A stretch of DNA of 64,000 bases. Origin: Sulfurimonas sp. GTDB lineage: Bacteria; Campylobacterota; Campylobacteria; Campylobacterales; Sulfurimonadaceae. The notes below the pieces were generated by a model. It had not been told where the DNA came from. It worked only from the letters and a program-made list of their open reading frames with translations, and did no database searches. Positions 1-9,254 of this stretch are shown here, in pieces. The position numbers and the translations under genes were made by a program. Location of the stretch: positions 6,744 through 70,743 of the forward strand of contig NZ_JAPHUF010000021.1 of NCBI RefSeq assembly GCF_026196735.1, given 5' to 3'. Every line of letters begins with the position of its first letter. The first letter of the stretch is position 1.

Positions 1-183
1 ACTTTTTTAATAGGATTTTTATTTGTTGTAAATACAATAACTTTAGGTTACATGTATTCAACAGCTGCTAGTGAATCTGTTGTAGACAATCTGGTAGAAA
101 CAACGGATGTTGTAGCTCCATCTACTCCTGCTTCTACTCCAGAAGTACCAGCTGCTGCACCAACAACACCAGCTTCAGAATAA
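1..183 (+). CDS. secG: Preprotein translocase subunit SecG, 3' part (truncated by window edge)
   Basis: Frame 1 reads TFLIGFLFVVNTITLGYMYSTAASESVVD...PASE* (TM helix plus Pro/Ala/Thr-rich tail); secG-frr-pyrE order is typical of Campylobacterota. Confidence 0.8.
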   Translation, partial: TFLIGFLFVVNTITLGYMYSTAASESVVDNLVETTDVVAPSTPASTPEVPAAAPTTPASE

Positions 184-195
184 TCACTCAACATT

Positions 196-220
196 TATAG
201 CTACTAACCATGTAGCTATA
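196..220 (+). terminator. Hairpin after secG
   Basis: TATAGCTAC-7nt-GTAGCTATA perfect 9-bp stem 13 nt after the stop. Confidence 0.45.
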
Positions 221-294
221 TATTTACTACACTTCTTTTTTTAAACATATCTATTGTATAATCCGAATTATTTTTCATATTATAAGGGAATCCA

Positions 295-852
295 ATGCTA
301 AACGAAATATTTAATGAGTGTGAAACAAAAATGAAATCAGGCATAGAACATATGCTTAAAGACTTTAAAACACTTAGAACAGGTAAGGTTACCACAGCGG
401 TTTTAGACAATGTTAAAATCGACTATTACGGTACTCCGACTCCACTTGATCAAGTTGGTTCTGTAATAGCTCAAGATGCTACTACAATCGTTGTAAATCC
501 TTGGGAGAAAAATCTTTTAGCTGATATTGAGAGTGCTATAAGTGCTGCCAATGTCGGAGCAACTCCAAATAACGACGGTGAACAAATCAAATTATTTTTT
601 CCTGCTATGACTGTTGAGCAGAGACAAGAGTCTGCAAAAAAGATGAAGGGCATGGGAGAAAACGCAAAAGTTTCAATCAGAAACGATAGAAAAAATGCGA
701 ATGACCAAATCAAAAAACTTGAAAAAGACAAAGAAGTAACTATTGATGAGTCTAAGTCTGCTCAAGACAATATACAAAAAATAACTGATAAATTTATAGC
801 AGAAATCGATAGTATTTTAAAAACTAAAGAAGCTGAGATACTTAAAGTATAA
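295..852 (+). CDS. frr: Ribosome recycling factor
   Basis: 185 aa; [23 protein letters not shown] motifs. Confidence 0.97.
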   Translation: MLNEIFNECETKMKSGIEHMLKDFKTLRTGKVTTAVLDNVKIDYYGTPTPLDQVGSVIAQDATTIVVNPWEKNLLADIESAISAANVGATPNNDGEQIKLFFPAMTVEQRQESAKKMKGMGENAKVSIRNDRKNANDQIKKLEKDKEVTIDESKSAQDNIQKITDKFIAEIDSILKTKEAEILKV

Positions 853-853
853 A

Positions 854-929
854 AGCATCAAGATGCGTGAGCCTTACGCTGAGAAAAACCAAGCGTTAGC
901 GTAAACAAAGGAATTACTTTCTTTGTTGT
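854..929 (+). repeat. Dispersed 76-nt structured intergenic repeat, copy 1
   Basis: Ungapped 61/76 match to 33233..33308; identical blocks AGCATCAAGATGCG and ACCAAGCGTTAGCGTA; terminal 10-bp stem with TTAC loop. Confidence 0.85.
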
Positions 930-984
930 GATTAATAAATAGGAGGGTTTCCTTCGTTTTATGTAATAAAATAAGGGTAAATTA

Positions 985-1593
985 ATGAATGTAAAACAAA
1001 TTTATATGGATGCAGATGCTCTTTTAGAAGGGCATTTTAAACTAAGCAGTGGCAATCACTCACAGTTTTATCTGCAATCTGCAAAAGTCTTAGAAGACCC
1101 AAGAACAGCTCAACTGCTCGCACGGGCTCTTGCAGACGAGATTAAAGCAAGTGGCTTGGAAATTGATACAGTTTGTGCTCCGGCCATTGGAGGACTTATT
1201 GCCGGTTTTGCTTTAGCTCAAGCTCTTGATGTTCGTTATATCTTTGCTGAAAGAGTTGATGGCGTGATGAGCATCCGTCGTGGCTTTGAAATAAGCAAAG
1301 GCGAAAAAGTTTTAATGTGTGAAGACATTATTACAACTGGCGGTTCTGCTATGGAAGCGGCGGCTGCTATTAAAGAACTTGGCGGTAAGATAGTAGGTGT
1401 AGCGGCTCTGGCAAACCGTGGTTTTTGTAAACGCCAAAACAGTGACATAACAACAAAACCAAATTGTAAACTTCCTCAAAACATCCCGTTTTTTGCACTT
1501 GAAGATTTTACATTTGAGATGTACTCTCCTGAGGAGTGCCCGCTTTGTAAAGATGGAAGCCAAGCTATAAAACCAGGTTCTAGAGGTAACTAG
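985..1593 (+). CDS. pyrE: Orotate phosphoribosyltransferase
   Basis: [11 protein letters not shown] and PRPP-binding [10 protein letters not shown] motifs. Confidence 0.96.
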   Translation: MNVKQIYMDADALLEGHFKLSSGNHSQFYLQSAKVLEDPRTAQLLARALADEIKASGLEIDTVCAPAIGGLIAGFALAQALDVRYIFAERVDGVMSIRRGFEISKGEKVLMCEDIITTGGSAMEAAAAIKELGGKIVGVAALANRGFCKRQNSDITTKPNCKLPQNIPFFALEDFTFEMYSPEECPLCKDGSQAIKPGSRGN

Positions 1594-1625
1594 CTGATGT
1601 TATGCATTAAAGCTGCTTCATTAAA

Positions 1626-2729
1626 ATGAAGAGATTTTTTGCACTGCTTATCGGCATTGTACTAACCCTTAGTGCAACACAACACCAAAATCTTCCTAAT
1701 GATGAAAAACTCAAAAAGATGATTGGAAGAATGCTTCTTGTCGGATTTCCAAATGAAGACATAGACAAAAACAGTGAGATAACAAGACACATAAAACAGT
1801 ATGAGCTTGGCGGTGTCATCCTTTTTGACCGTTTTTATGATGACAGAAGTAAAACAAAAAATATAAGCTCACCAAAACAACTTCAACTTTTAACTTCAAA
1901 ACTAAAATCATTCTCCAACAAAGCACTTTTAATATCCATAGACCAAGAGGGTGGAAAAGTTGCAAGACTAAAGCCCTCCTATGGTTTTGCTGAAATTCCA
2001 TCGGCAAAGCAGATTTCCACTCTACATGTAGATAAGGCAAAAGAGATATACAAGACTCAAGCGCAGATGCTTCAAAGTGCTGGAATCAACTGTGATTTTG
2101 CACCTGTAGTTGACCTGGCTGTTAACCCTGATAACAAAGTTATCTATGGGCTTGAACGCTCATATGGAAACAACTCCAAAGAAGTAGTCAAATACGCAAA
2201 AATATTTATGGACTCACTAAAAGATAAAAATATTATCAGTGTACTGAAGCACTTTCCCGGACACGGCTCATCACTTGGAGATTCTCATAAAGGTTTTGTA
2301 GATATAAGCAACACTTGGAGCGAAGCTGAACTTCAACCGTACAAAGAGCTTATAAAATCTGGCGAAGTTTCCATGATAATGACAGCACATGTCTTTAACT
2401 CAAAACTAGATAAAAAATATCCGGCAACACTCTCATACAATGTAAACACAAAGCTTTTACGAAATGAGCTAAACTACAAAGGCGTAGTTATCAGTGATGA
2501 CTTACAGATGAAAGCCATCTCGCAACACTACACATTGGAGCAGACAGTTACTCTGGCTATAAACTCAGGAGTTGACATGTTGCTTTTTGGAAATCAGCTC
2601 TCAGAGCAAAACATAGATGAACTTGTAGATGTTATTATTAAACAGGTTAAAAACGGTGCAATTTCTATGAGTAGAATCATCGAGTCAAACAAAAGATTAG
2701 AACTACTGCATAAAAAAAGACAAATATAA
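1626..2729 (+). CDS. nagZ: GH3 beta-N-acetylglucosaminidase (NagZ-like), with N-terminal signal peptide
   Basis: DQEGGKVARL, KHFPGHG..GDSH (Asp-His dyad) and SDDLQM motifs; hydrophobic N-terminus. Confidence 0.85.
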   Translation: MKRFFALLIGIVLTLSATQHQNLPNDEKLKKMIGRMLLVGFPNEDIDKNSEITRHIKQYELGGVILFDRFYDDRSKTKNISSPKQLQLLTSKLKSFSNKALLISIDQEGGKVARLKPSYGFAEIPSAKQISTLHVDKAKEIYKTQAQMLQSAGINCDFAPVVDLAVNPDNKVIYGLERSYGNNSKEVVKYAKIFMDSLKDKNIISVLKHFPGHGSSLGDSHKGFVDISNTWSEAELQPYKELIKSGEVSMIMTAHVFNSKLDKKYPATLSYNVNTKLLRNELNYKGVVISDDLQMKAISQHYTLEQTVTLAINSGVDMLLFGNQLSEQNIDELVDVIIKQVKNGAISMSRIIESNKRLELLHKKRQI

Positions 2730-2731
2730 TC

Positions 2732-4213
2732 ATGCAGAGTGCCTTTTCAAATCTTGACTGGTTAGTATTTGGCTCTTACTTTGTTATACTCGCATTCACA
2801 TCTTTTATACTAAGTCGCGTTAAAATCACAAATTCAAGAGACTATTTTCTTGGCTCAAATACTATGCCTATGTTTGCCGTTGCAATTTCAGTTCTTGCAA
2901 CAAGTCAATCTGCCGCTACATTTTTAGGCGCCCCTGAATTTTCATATGTTCATGACTTTACATTTATAGGCTTTTATTTCTCAGCTTTGCTTGCTGTAAT
3001 TTTTGTAGCCTATGTACTGATTCCGAAATTTTATGAGATGAAAGCCGTTACAGTCTATGAACTGCTAGAGGTTAGGTATGGAGAGAGTGCTAAAAAGCAG
3101 GCTGGTATCATGTTTCTTGTAGGTCGTGTTTTGGCTAGTGGAGCACGACTTTATATCGGAGCACTTGCTATAAGCATGATACTCTTTGGCAATATTATAT
3201 TTGTACATGTAGCTGTCTCGATTTTGATTTTAATGTTTGGAGCACTTGCTTATACATACTTTGGCGGTGTTCGCTCAGTAATTTTGAGTGATGTCATCCA
3301 AGCGCTTACTTACATTGGCGCAGGTGTTGCGGTTTTGGTTTTTCTTTACTACTCTTTAGAGAATATCGACATTATAAGCAAGCTCCAAGAGCATAACAAA
3401 CTAAAGTTTGTAGATACATCCATAGACGGTAAATTTAGTCTTGTAGGTCTTTTAAGCGGTTGGTTGCTTTTAAACATCGCAGCCTTTGGACTAGACCAAG
3501 ATATGACCCAAAGAGTTCTCTCATGTAAGAACAAAAATGAAGCTGCAAAGTCACTGATAATCTCTATACTTCTGACTATTCCCTTTGTTCTTCTATTTTT
3601 AGCTATCGGCGCACTTTTGTTTGTCTTTTATCTGCAAAGTGATGTGACTCAGAGTTTTGAGGGTGAAAAAATTACTATCTTTATGTACTACATCCTAAAC
3701 GAGATGCCCGAGGGCCTGCGAGGTCTAGTGACCGTTGGAGCAATTGCCGCAGCACTCTCAAGTACAAACTCAGTATTGGGCGCTATGGCATCTGTAGCAG
3801 TTGAAGATATATACAGACCATGGAGATTAAAACGCACAGATACTGATGAGATGCACTTTGTAAAAGCTTCAAGAGTTGCGGTTCTTTTATTTGCCGTTGT
3901 TTTATCTCTTATGGCGATGCTCAGTTACTTCTGGCAACGCTACAGTGACCTCTCTCTTATCAGTTTTGCTCTGGGTGTAATGGCTTTTGCATATACCGGT
4001 CTTTTAGGCGTTTACTTCTCTGCCATCTTTACATCTCGCGGAAACAAAACGACTGTTCTTTTTGCATTGATTGGCGGATTTATGACTGTTTTGGCGCTTC
4101 AGCCATACACTTTTGGTATCAGCATCGGCTTTTCATGGCAGATAGTCATTGGAACTTTTGTTTCATTTTTTATAATGCAGCTCAAAAAAACAGACACAAA
4201 AATAAGTTTATAG
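2732..4213 (+). CDS. Sodium:solute symporter (SSS family)
   Basis: 493 aa multi-TM; YFLG, SAATFLG, YTYFGGVRSVILSDVIQ, DQDMTQRVL and AAALSSTNS motifs. Confidence 0.9.
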   Translation: MQSAFSNLDWLVFGSYFVILAFTSFILSRVKITNSRDYFLGSNTMPMFAVAISVLATSQSAATFLGAPEFSYVHDFTFIGFYFSALLAVIFVAYVLIPKFYEMKAVTVYELLEVRYGESAKKQAGIMFLVGRVLASGARLYIGALAISMILFGNIIFVHVAVSILILMFGALAYTYFGGVRSVILSDVIQALTYIGAGVAVLVFLYYSLENIDIISKLQEHNKLKFVDTSIDGKFSLVGLLSGWLLLNIAAFGLDQDMTQRVLSCKNKNEAAKSLIISILLTIPFVLLFLAIGALLFVFYLQSDVTQSFEGEKITIFMYYILNEMPEGLRGLVTVGAIAAALSSTNSVLGAMASVAVEDIYRPWRLKRTDTDEMHFVKASRVAVLLFAVVLSLMAMLSYFWQRYSDLSLISFALGVMAFAYTGLLGVYFSAIFTSRGNKTTVLFALIGGFMTVLALQPYTFGISIGFSWQIVIGTFVSFFIMQLKKTDTKISL

Positions 4214-4230
4214 GCAAATAACAAAAAGAT

Positions 4231-4239
4231 TGCTATAAT
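4231..4239 (+). promoter_or_regulatory. Extended -10 promoter element for the M15 peptidase/anmK genes
   Basis: TGCTATAAT (TGnTATAAT) 33 nt upstream of ATG 4273. Confidence 0.5.
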
Positions 4240-4272
4240 CATAAGGACAAAAATAAGAAAAAAGATTCAGAT

Positions 4273-5016
4273 ATGACAAGACGAAATTTTTTATTATACT
4301 CATCTGCACTAGCGTTAACCACACTTAATGCCGAGCAATTATATAAAAGTGATGTGTTTTTATCTGCAAACGAATACACAGCCTTACTTTCGCTGGACTA
4401 TAGATTAACTCAGATAAGAAGACATGTAGGATTTGGAAATTTTAATTTGATTTCCTATGGCGACTCTTTACAAATAGCAAAAATGAACCCTAAAATAGGA
4501 GCATTCACAAATGAAGAGATATCACTTATCGATAGATTTTTTTATGATGAGCCAAGCAAATACGGTTTTTACGGCGAAAGAACATGTTACAACTTAGACA
4601 ATAAAATCTCTAAAAAAGATGTTGTTAAAATTCCTCGTACCGGACATTATATATTTAAAGGAAAGCCTACTCAGGACTATGAGAGGATTATTGGTGATAT
4701 CGGACATACTCTCTACCTAACATCAGGTGTAAGAAACACCATTAAACAGCTAAGTCTCTACTGTTCTAAACTAAGAAGAGTAAAAGGAAATATTACTCAA
4801 GCCTCAAAAGACATAGCCCCGCCGTCTCACTCTTTTCATACTATCGGCGATTTTGATGTCGGCAAGATGGGGCTTGGCAGCAGAAACTTTACACTGGATT
4901 TTGCTAAAACATCAGAGTTTGAGCAGATGACAAAACTTGAATATATTAATATCAGATACTCTCCAAACAACTTGGATGGCGTTAGATATGAACCATGGCA
5001 TGTAAAGATTATATGA
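4273..5016 (+). CDS. M15 family D-Ala-D-Ala carboxypeptidase (VanY-like), Tat-like signal
   Basis: MTRRNFL leader; SGVR, SFHTIGDFD and C-terminal EPWH zinc-peptidase motifs. Confidence 0.85.
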   Translation: MTRRNFLLYSSALALTTLNAEQLYKSDVFLSANEYTALLSLDYRLTQIRRHVGFGNFNLISYGDSLQIAKMNPKIGAFTNEEISLIDRFFYDEPSKYGFYGERTCYNLDNKISKKDVVKIPRTGHYIFKGKPTQDYERIIGDIGHTLYLTSGVRNTIKQLSLYCSKLRRVKGNITQASKDIAPPSHSFHTIGDFDVGKMGLGSRNFTLDFAKTSEFEQMTKLEYINIRYSPNNLDGVRYEPWHVKII

Positions 5017-5588
5017 TGAAAAAACTAATATATATAATAGCTATCCTTTTTATATCATCACTCGCTCAAGCAAAGGAAGGTGTTTTAGTCAAGATTTTTG
5101 ATGGAGATACCTTATATTTTAAAACAGAAAATAAAATTGACAAATGTAAAATAGCATACATTGACACTCCGGAAAACAGTTACAACGACAAACTAAAACA
5201 AGAGATTGAAATATGTAAAGATATACCTACTAAGGTTATGTTAAATGCTGGAGATAGTGCGACAAAACATGCTAATAAATTACTAAAAATTGGAAATAAC
5301 TACAGCTATAGCACCTACATTAAAAACAGTGAACAAATTTGTGAGGTTTCGCTCGGTAACGGTATTACATTTAGTGAGAAGATGCTGCTTGATGGGTATG
5401 CTGTAGTGTGGAAGGTTGACAAAAAACAAAAAGAGGAACAAAACTTCAGTAGTATTTTAACCTATGCAAAAAATAAAAATAATGGTCTTTGGGGAGACAA
5501 CTCTCAAAGAGGCGAAGTTATTAAGTGCTTGGAAAAAATAAGTTCTCAAGATAGCAAGACAGATAAATCTAGCTATGAATCAAAGTAA
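5013..5588 (+). CDS. Thermonuclease (SNase) family exported protein, possibly degenerate
   Basis: Signal peptide; DGDT and IDTPE motifs; C-terminal AKNKNNGLW; start placed at ATG 5013, overlapping the upstream stop (ATGA). Confidence 0.75.
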   Translation: MMKKLIYIIAILFISSLAQAKEGVLVKIFDGDTLYFKTENKIDKCKIAYIDTPENSYNDKLKQEIEICKDIPTKVMLNAGDSATKHANKLLKIGNNYSYSTYIKNSEQICEVSLGNGITFSEKMLLDGYAVVWKVDKKQKEEQNFSSILTYAKNKNNGLWGDNSQRGEVIKCLEKISSQDSKTDKSSYESK

Positions 5589-5593
5589 ATCAG

Positions 5594-6679
5594 ATGGATG
5601 AGCTTTACATTGGTGTGATGTCAGGCACAAGCCTTGATGGAGTTGATATAGCTCTATGCAAGATAAATTCCGGCTCTTGTGAGCTTGTGTTTTATGCGGA
5701 ATACCCTTTTGATACAAACTTGAAAAATGATATTTTAACTGCTATAAATGGACCGACTACTCTAAAAACCATAGGTGAACTTGACACTCGTTTAGGCAAA
5801 ATCTATGCCGAGTATATTACTGCTTTTATGCGCCATAACAATTTACAAAAAAAAGATATAAGTGCCATTGGACTACACGGTCAAACACTCTGGCATGAAC
5901 CAGACGGTGAGTTTCCTTTTTCAATGCAGCTTGGAAATGCCAACATTATAACAGCACAAACAGGCATTAGTGTTGTCAGTGATTTTAGACAAAAAGATAT
6001 AGCACTTGGCGGTCAAGGAGCACCTTTTGCGCCTGCCTTTCATAAGCAGATGTTCTCAAAACTAAATCGTAATATTGCAGTTGTTAATATTGGCGGCATC
6101 GCAAATCTTAGCATATTGGGAAATCAACTACTTGGCTACGATACGGGAGCTGGAAATGTTTTAATGGATTTTTGGATATCAAAGAAAAAAGGCCTCACTT
6201 ACGACAAAAATGGAGAGTGGGCAAGGTCCGGTCATGTCAGTGCAGAATTATTGGACACAATGCTCCGTGATCCATACTTCTCGAAAAAAGCTCCAAAAAG
6301 TACCGGTCGTGAATATTTCAACGAAAAATGGATAGAGAAGCAACTAGAAGAGTTTGGATATGTTATAGACAAAGATGTTCAAGCAACACTTCTGGAATTT
6401 ACCGCAGTAACTATCGCAAATGAAGTAAAAAAAAGCTCCGTTGAGCTTCTTTTAGTTTGTGGCGGTGGTGCAAAAAACGGTGCTCTTATGGAAAAGCTTC
6501 GCAGAGAGTTCAAAGATATTGAAGTATCTATCAGCGATTATTATGGTTTAAACGGCGACTTTATGGAAGCTATGGCTTTTGCATGGCTTGCGTATAAACG
6601 GATCAACAAAGAAAAAGTAGAGCTTTCATCGGTTACCGGTGCGAGAGAAAATTCTGTTTTGGGTTGTATATATGAATAA
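5594..6679 (+). CDS. anmK: Anhydro-N-acetylmuramic acid kinase
   Basis: GVMSGTSLDGVD, HGQTLWH, DFRQKDIALGGQGAP, NIGGIAN, DTGAGN and PKSTGRE motifs. Confidence 0.95.
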   Translation: MDELYIGVMSGTSLDGVDIALCKINSGSCELVFYAEYPFDTNLKNDILTAINGPTTLKTIGELDTRLGKIYAEYITAFMRHNNLQKKDISAIGLHGQTLWHEPDGEFPFSMQLGNANIITAQTGISVVSDFRQKDIALGGQGAPFAPAFHKQMFSKLNRNIAVVNIGGIANLSILGNQLLGYDTGAGNVLMDFWISKKKGLTYDKNGEWARSGHVSAELLDTMLRDPYFSKKAPKSTGREYFNEKWIEKQLEEFGYVIDKDVQATLLEFTAVTIANEVKKSSVELLLVCGGGAKNGALMEKLRREFKDIEVSISDYYGLNGDFMEAMAFAWLAYKRINKEKVELSSVTGARENSVLGCIYE

Positions 6680-7610
6680 AATAAAAGAGTGGCTACAAAC
6701 AACAAAATACAAAAATCACTCTTTAGAAATTGCTTCTGCTGATGCAAGTTTTAGAAAATACTACAGACTTACAAGTGGAGATGAAACTGTTTTACTTATG
6801 GACTCATCACTTGAAAAAGAATCTCTCACTTCATTTTTGGATGTGACTCAAAGACTTTTGGATGTACATGTCAATGCTCCTTGTATTTTAGAACAGAACC
6901 TGCAAGACGGCTTTTTGATTATCAAAGATTTTGGAAACACTCACTATCTGGATGTTTTAGACAATCAAAACTATAAGAGCCTTTATTTAAAAGCGATAAA
7001 TACCATTTTAAAGATGCAAAAAGCAGATACTTCAGGCCTTCCAATTTATGATAAAAAATTTCTACATGTAGAGATGGATTTGATGAAAGAGTGGTATTTG
7101 CAAAAGAAGCTAAACCTAACACTAGATGAGTCTCAAAAAGAGCTCATAACAAAGACTCTTGATGCTATATCAACTGTTGTGCTTGAGCAGCCCCAAGATG
7201 TTTTTGTTCACAGAGATTTTCACTCACGCAATATTATGATTGCAAACGAGCATGATATAGGTGTTATAGATTATCAAGATGCAATGAACGGAGCAATCAC
7301 TTACGACTTGGTCTCTTTATTAAAAGATTGCTATGTCGCTTATGACCGCAAAGAGATAAAAAACCTTGCCTTAGCATTTCGTGATAAAATCGATCTACAT
7401 GTAGATGATGAGACATTCTTAAAATGGTTTGATTTTATGGGTATGCAAAGACATATAAAAGTGCTTGGTATTTTTTCTCGTCTATATCTTCGTGATGGCA
7501 AAGATGGTTACTTAAAAGACATACCTCTCACTCTAAAATATGTACTTGATACTGCAAGCAGATATGATGAGACTAAAGAGTTGGCAGAGTTTTTAAAAGC
7601 GAAATGCTAG
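6672..7610 (+). CDS. amgK: Anomeric MurNAc/GlcNAc kinase (AmgK-like phosphotransferase)
   Basis: ADASFRKYYR, HRDFHSRN, DYQDA, YDLVSLLKD and QRHIKVLGIFSRL motifs; start ATG 6672; murU nearby. Confidence 0.85.
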   Translation: MNKIKEWLQTTKYKNHSLEIASADASFRKYYRLTSGDETVLLMDSSLEKESLTSFLDVTQRLLDVHVNAPCILEQNLQDGFLIIKDFGNTHYLDVLDNQNYKSLYLKAINTILKMQKADTSGLPIYDKKFLHVEMDLMKEWYLQKKLNLTLDESQKELITKTLDAISTVVLEQPQDVFVHRDFHSRNIMIANEHDIGVIDYQDAMNGAITYDLVSLLKDCYVAYDRKEIKNLALAFRDKIDLHVDDETFLKWFDFMGMQRHIKVLGIFSRLYLRDGKDGYLKDIPLTLKYVLDTASRYDETKELAEFLKAKC

Positions 7611-8482
7611 AGTATTCATACCCGTTATTTCGTCCGCCGGCAGAAGCTAACAACCTCATCCTACAAGTCACATTAGGTTGCAGCTACAACAACTGCAGCT
7701 TCTGTTCTATGTACAAAACTAAGAATTATGAGGTACGAGAGCTAGAAGATGTGTTCAAGGAGATAGATACTCTCGCGCATCATTACCCAAACGCAACTAA
7801 AATCTTTTTGGCTGACGGTGATGCTCTTTCTTTGCCTTGTGAACAGTTGTTAATATTACTAGATAAACTAAACAGCACATTTACTAAACTGCGAAGAGTA
7901 TCAACTTATGCTTCTACTCAAAATATACTTGGTAAATCAAACAAAGAGCTAGAACTTCTTTGTAAATCCAAACTAAATCTATTTTATTATGGTATCGAGA
8001 CAGGCAGTGATGTTGTGCTAAAGAAGATTACAAAGAGTGTAAATCAAGCAGAGATAATCACCTCACTGACTAAAGCGACTGACGCAGGTGTAAAGATATC
8101 TGCAACGGTCATTTTAGGCATTGGCGGAAGTAAATACTCCGACTTACATGTACAAGAGACTGCCAAAATTATCAATGCTACAAAAGTCAACTATCTCTCA
8201 ACTCTTCAACTAGGAATTGAAGAAGAAGCGAAAGAAAATTTCTACAGATACTTTGATGATTTTACAATGGCAGATGATGAGCAGATACTCTCTGAGCAAA
8301 AAAGGTTTTTAGAACTACTAGAGCCGACTAACAAAATCATTTTTCGCTCTAACCACGCTTCAAATGCTCTTCATCTAGCAGGCACTCTGCCAAAAGACAG
8401 AGACAGACTTGTTCAAGAGCTAAAAATGGCTCTAGATGTCGGAAAATCTGCTTTTGTTCCTAACTACTTTAGAGGATTTTAG
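7604..8482 (+). CDS. Radical SAM protein, function unknown
   Basis: CSYNNCSFC (CxxxCxxC); FRPPAEA and FRSNHASN segments. Confidence 0.85.
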   Translation: MLEYSYPLFRPPAEANNLILQVTLGCSYNNCSFCSMYKTKNYEVRELEDVFKEIDTLAHHYPNATKIFLADGDALSLPCEQLLILLDKLNSTFTKLRRVSTYASTQNILGKSNKELELLCKSKLNLFYYGIETGSDVVLKKITKSVNQAEIITSLTKATDAGVKISATVILGIGGSKYSDLHVQETAKIINATKVNYLSTLQLGIEEEAKENFYRYFDDFTMADDEQILSEQKRFLELLEPTNKIIFRSNHASNALHLAGTLPKDRDRLVQELKMALDVGKSAFVPNYFRGF

Positions 8483-8490
8483 GCAAATTT

Positions 8491-9150
8491 CTACTTTTTA
8501 GAATTCAGCCTTGACTGATACTCTTGTGGATGTTTACACACCGGACAGACTTTTAGCGCTTTTTTGCCATAATGGATATGACCGCAGACTTCGCATATCC
8601 AAGCCTCATTCTCATCTTCACTTACAAACTCTGCTTCTTCTTCGAGTCTATCCAAGAGCATTTTAAACATTTTTTCATGTTCGACTTCTATCTTGCCGAT
8701 TCCGGTAAATAGTTTTTCCGCTTCTTTGTGTCCCTCTTCTTTTGCAATAGCTGCAAACTCAGGATACATCTTCGTGTGTTCATAACGCTCACCGTCAATA
8801 GCTTCTTGAAGATTATATTCAGTATCTCCAAAGCTATCTTCACTCTCGTTTAGCATTCTGTTGTGAAGAGCAAGCTCCATTTTAGCATGTTGTTTTTCAT
8901 TGTCAGCAGCTCTTTGAAAGTGTTCTGCGATATCTCTAAAACCCTCTTTTTGAGCAACTTTAGCAAAGTACTCATACTTGTTTCTCGCTTGTGACTCACC
9001 GGCGAATGCTTTAAGCAGGTTTACCAGAGTCAAGTCATCAGTGACCATTTCCATATCTTGTCCACAACAAGAAAGAGTTCCGCCACCTACAGCTTGTACC
9101 TCAACAGCATTCCCACACTTTTTACATTTATATGATTCGTACTTTCTCAC
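8491..9150 (-). CDS. rrc: Desulforedoxin-rubrerythrin fusion (Rrc-type peroxide defence protein)
   Basis: N-terminal CKKCGN...SCCG, di-iron AFAGESQARNKY/NEKQH/EVEH, C-terminal CEVCG...CPVC. Confidence 0.85.
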   Translation of the reverse strand: MRKYESYKCKKCGNAVEVQAVGGGTLSCCGQDMEMVTDDLTLVNLLKAFAGESQARNKYEYFAKVAQKEGFRDIAEHFQRAADNEKQHAKMELALHNRMLNESEDSFGDTEYNLQEAIDGERYEHTKMYPEFAAIAKEEGHKEAEKLFTGIGKIEVEHEKMFKMLLDRLEEEAEFVSEDENEAWICEVCGHIHYGKKALKVCPVCKHPQEYQSRLNSKK

Positions 9151-9238
9151 AGCTTATCCTTTGATAATAAAATGGTATCTTTTAAAAAGTTTACTCTATT
9201 TAAACTTATTTTACTGTTAGACAAACTTATTTACATTT

Positions 9239-9247
9239 TGTTATAAT
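9239..9247 (+). promoter_or_regulatory. Extended -10 element upstream of murU
   Basis: TGTTATAAT 7 nt before ATG 9255, which would imply a leaderless or near-leaderless mRNA; no clear SD. Confidence 0.45.
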
Positions 9248-9254
9248 CAATCTA

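Noticed and set aside
100-183. Pro/Ala/Thr-rich repetitive-looking sequence (CCAGC/GCTCC units)
   Set aside because: It is the low-complexity C-terminal tail of SecG, not a repeat array.
8491-9150. Three-domain desulforedoxin-rubrerythrin-rubredoxin fusion as a novelty
   Set aside because: It matches the known Campylobacterota Rrc architecture.
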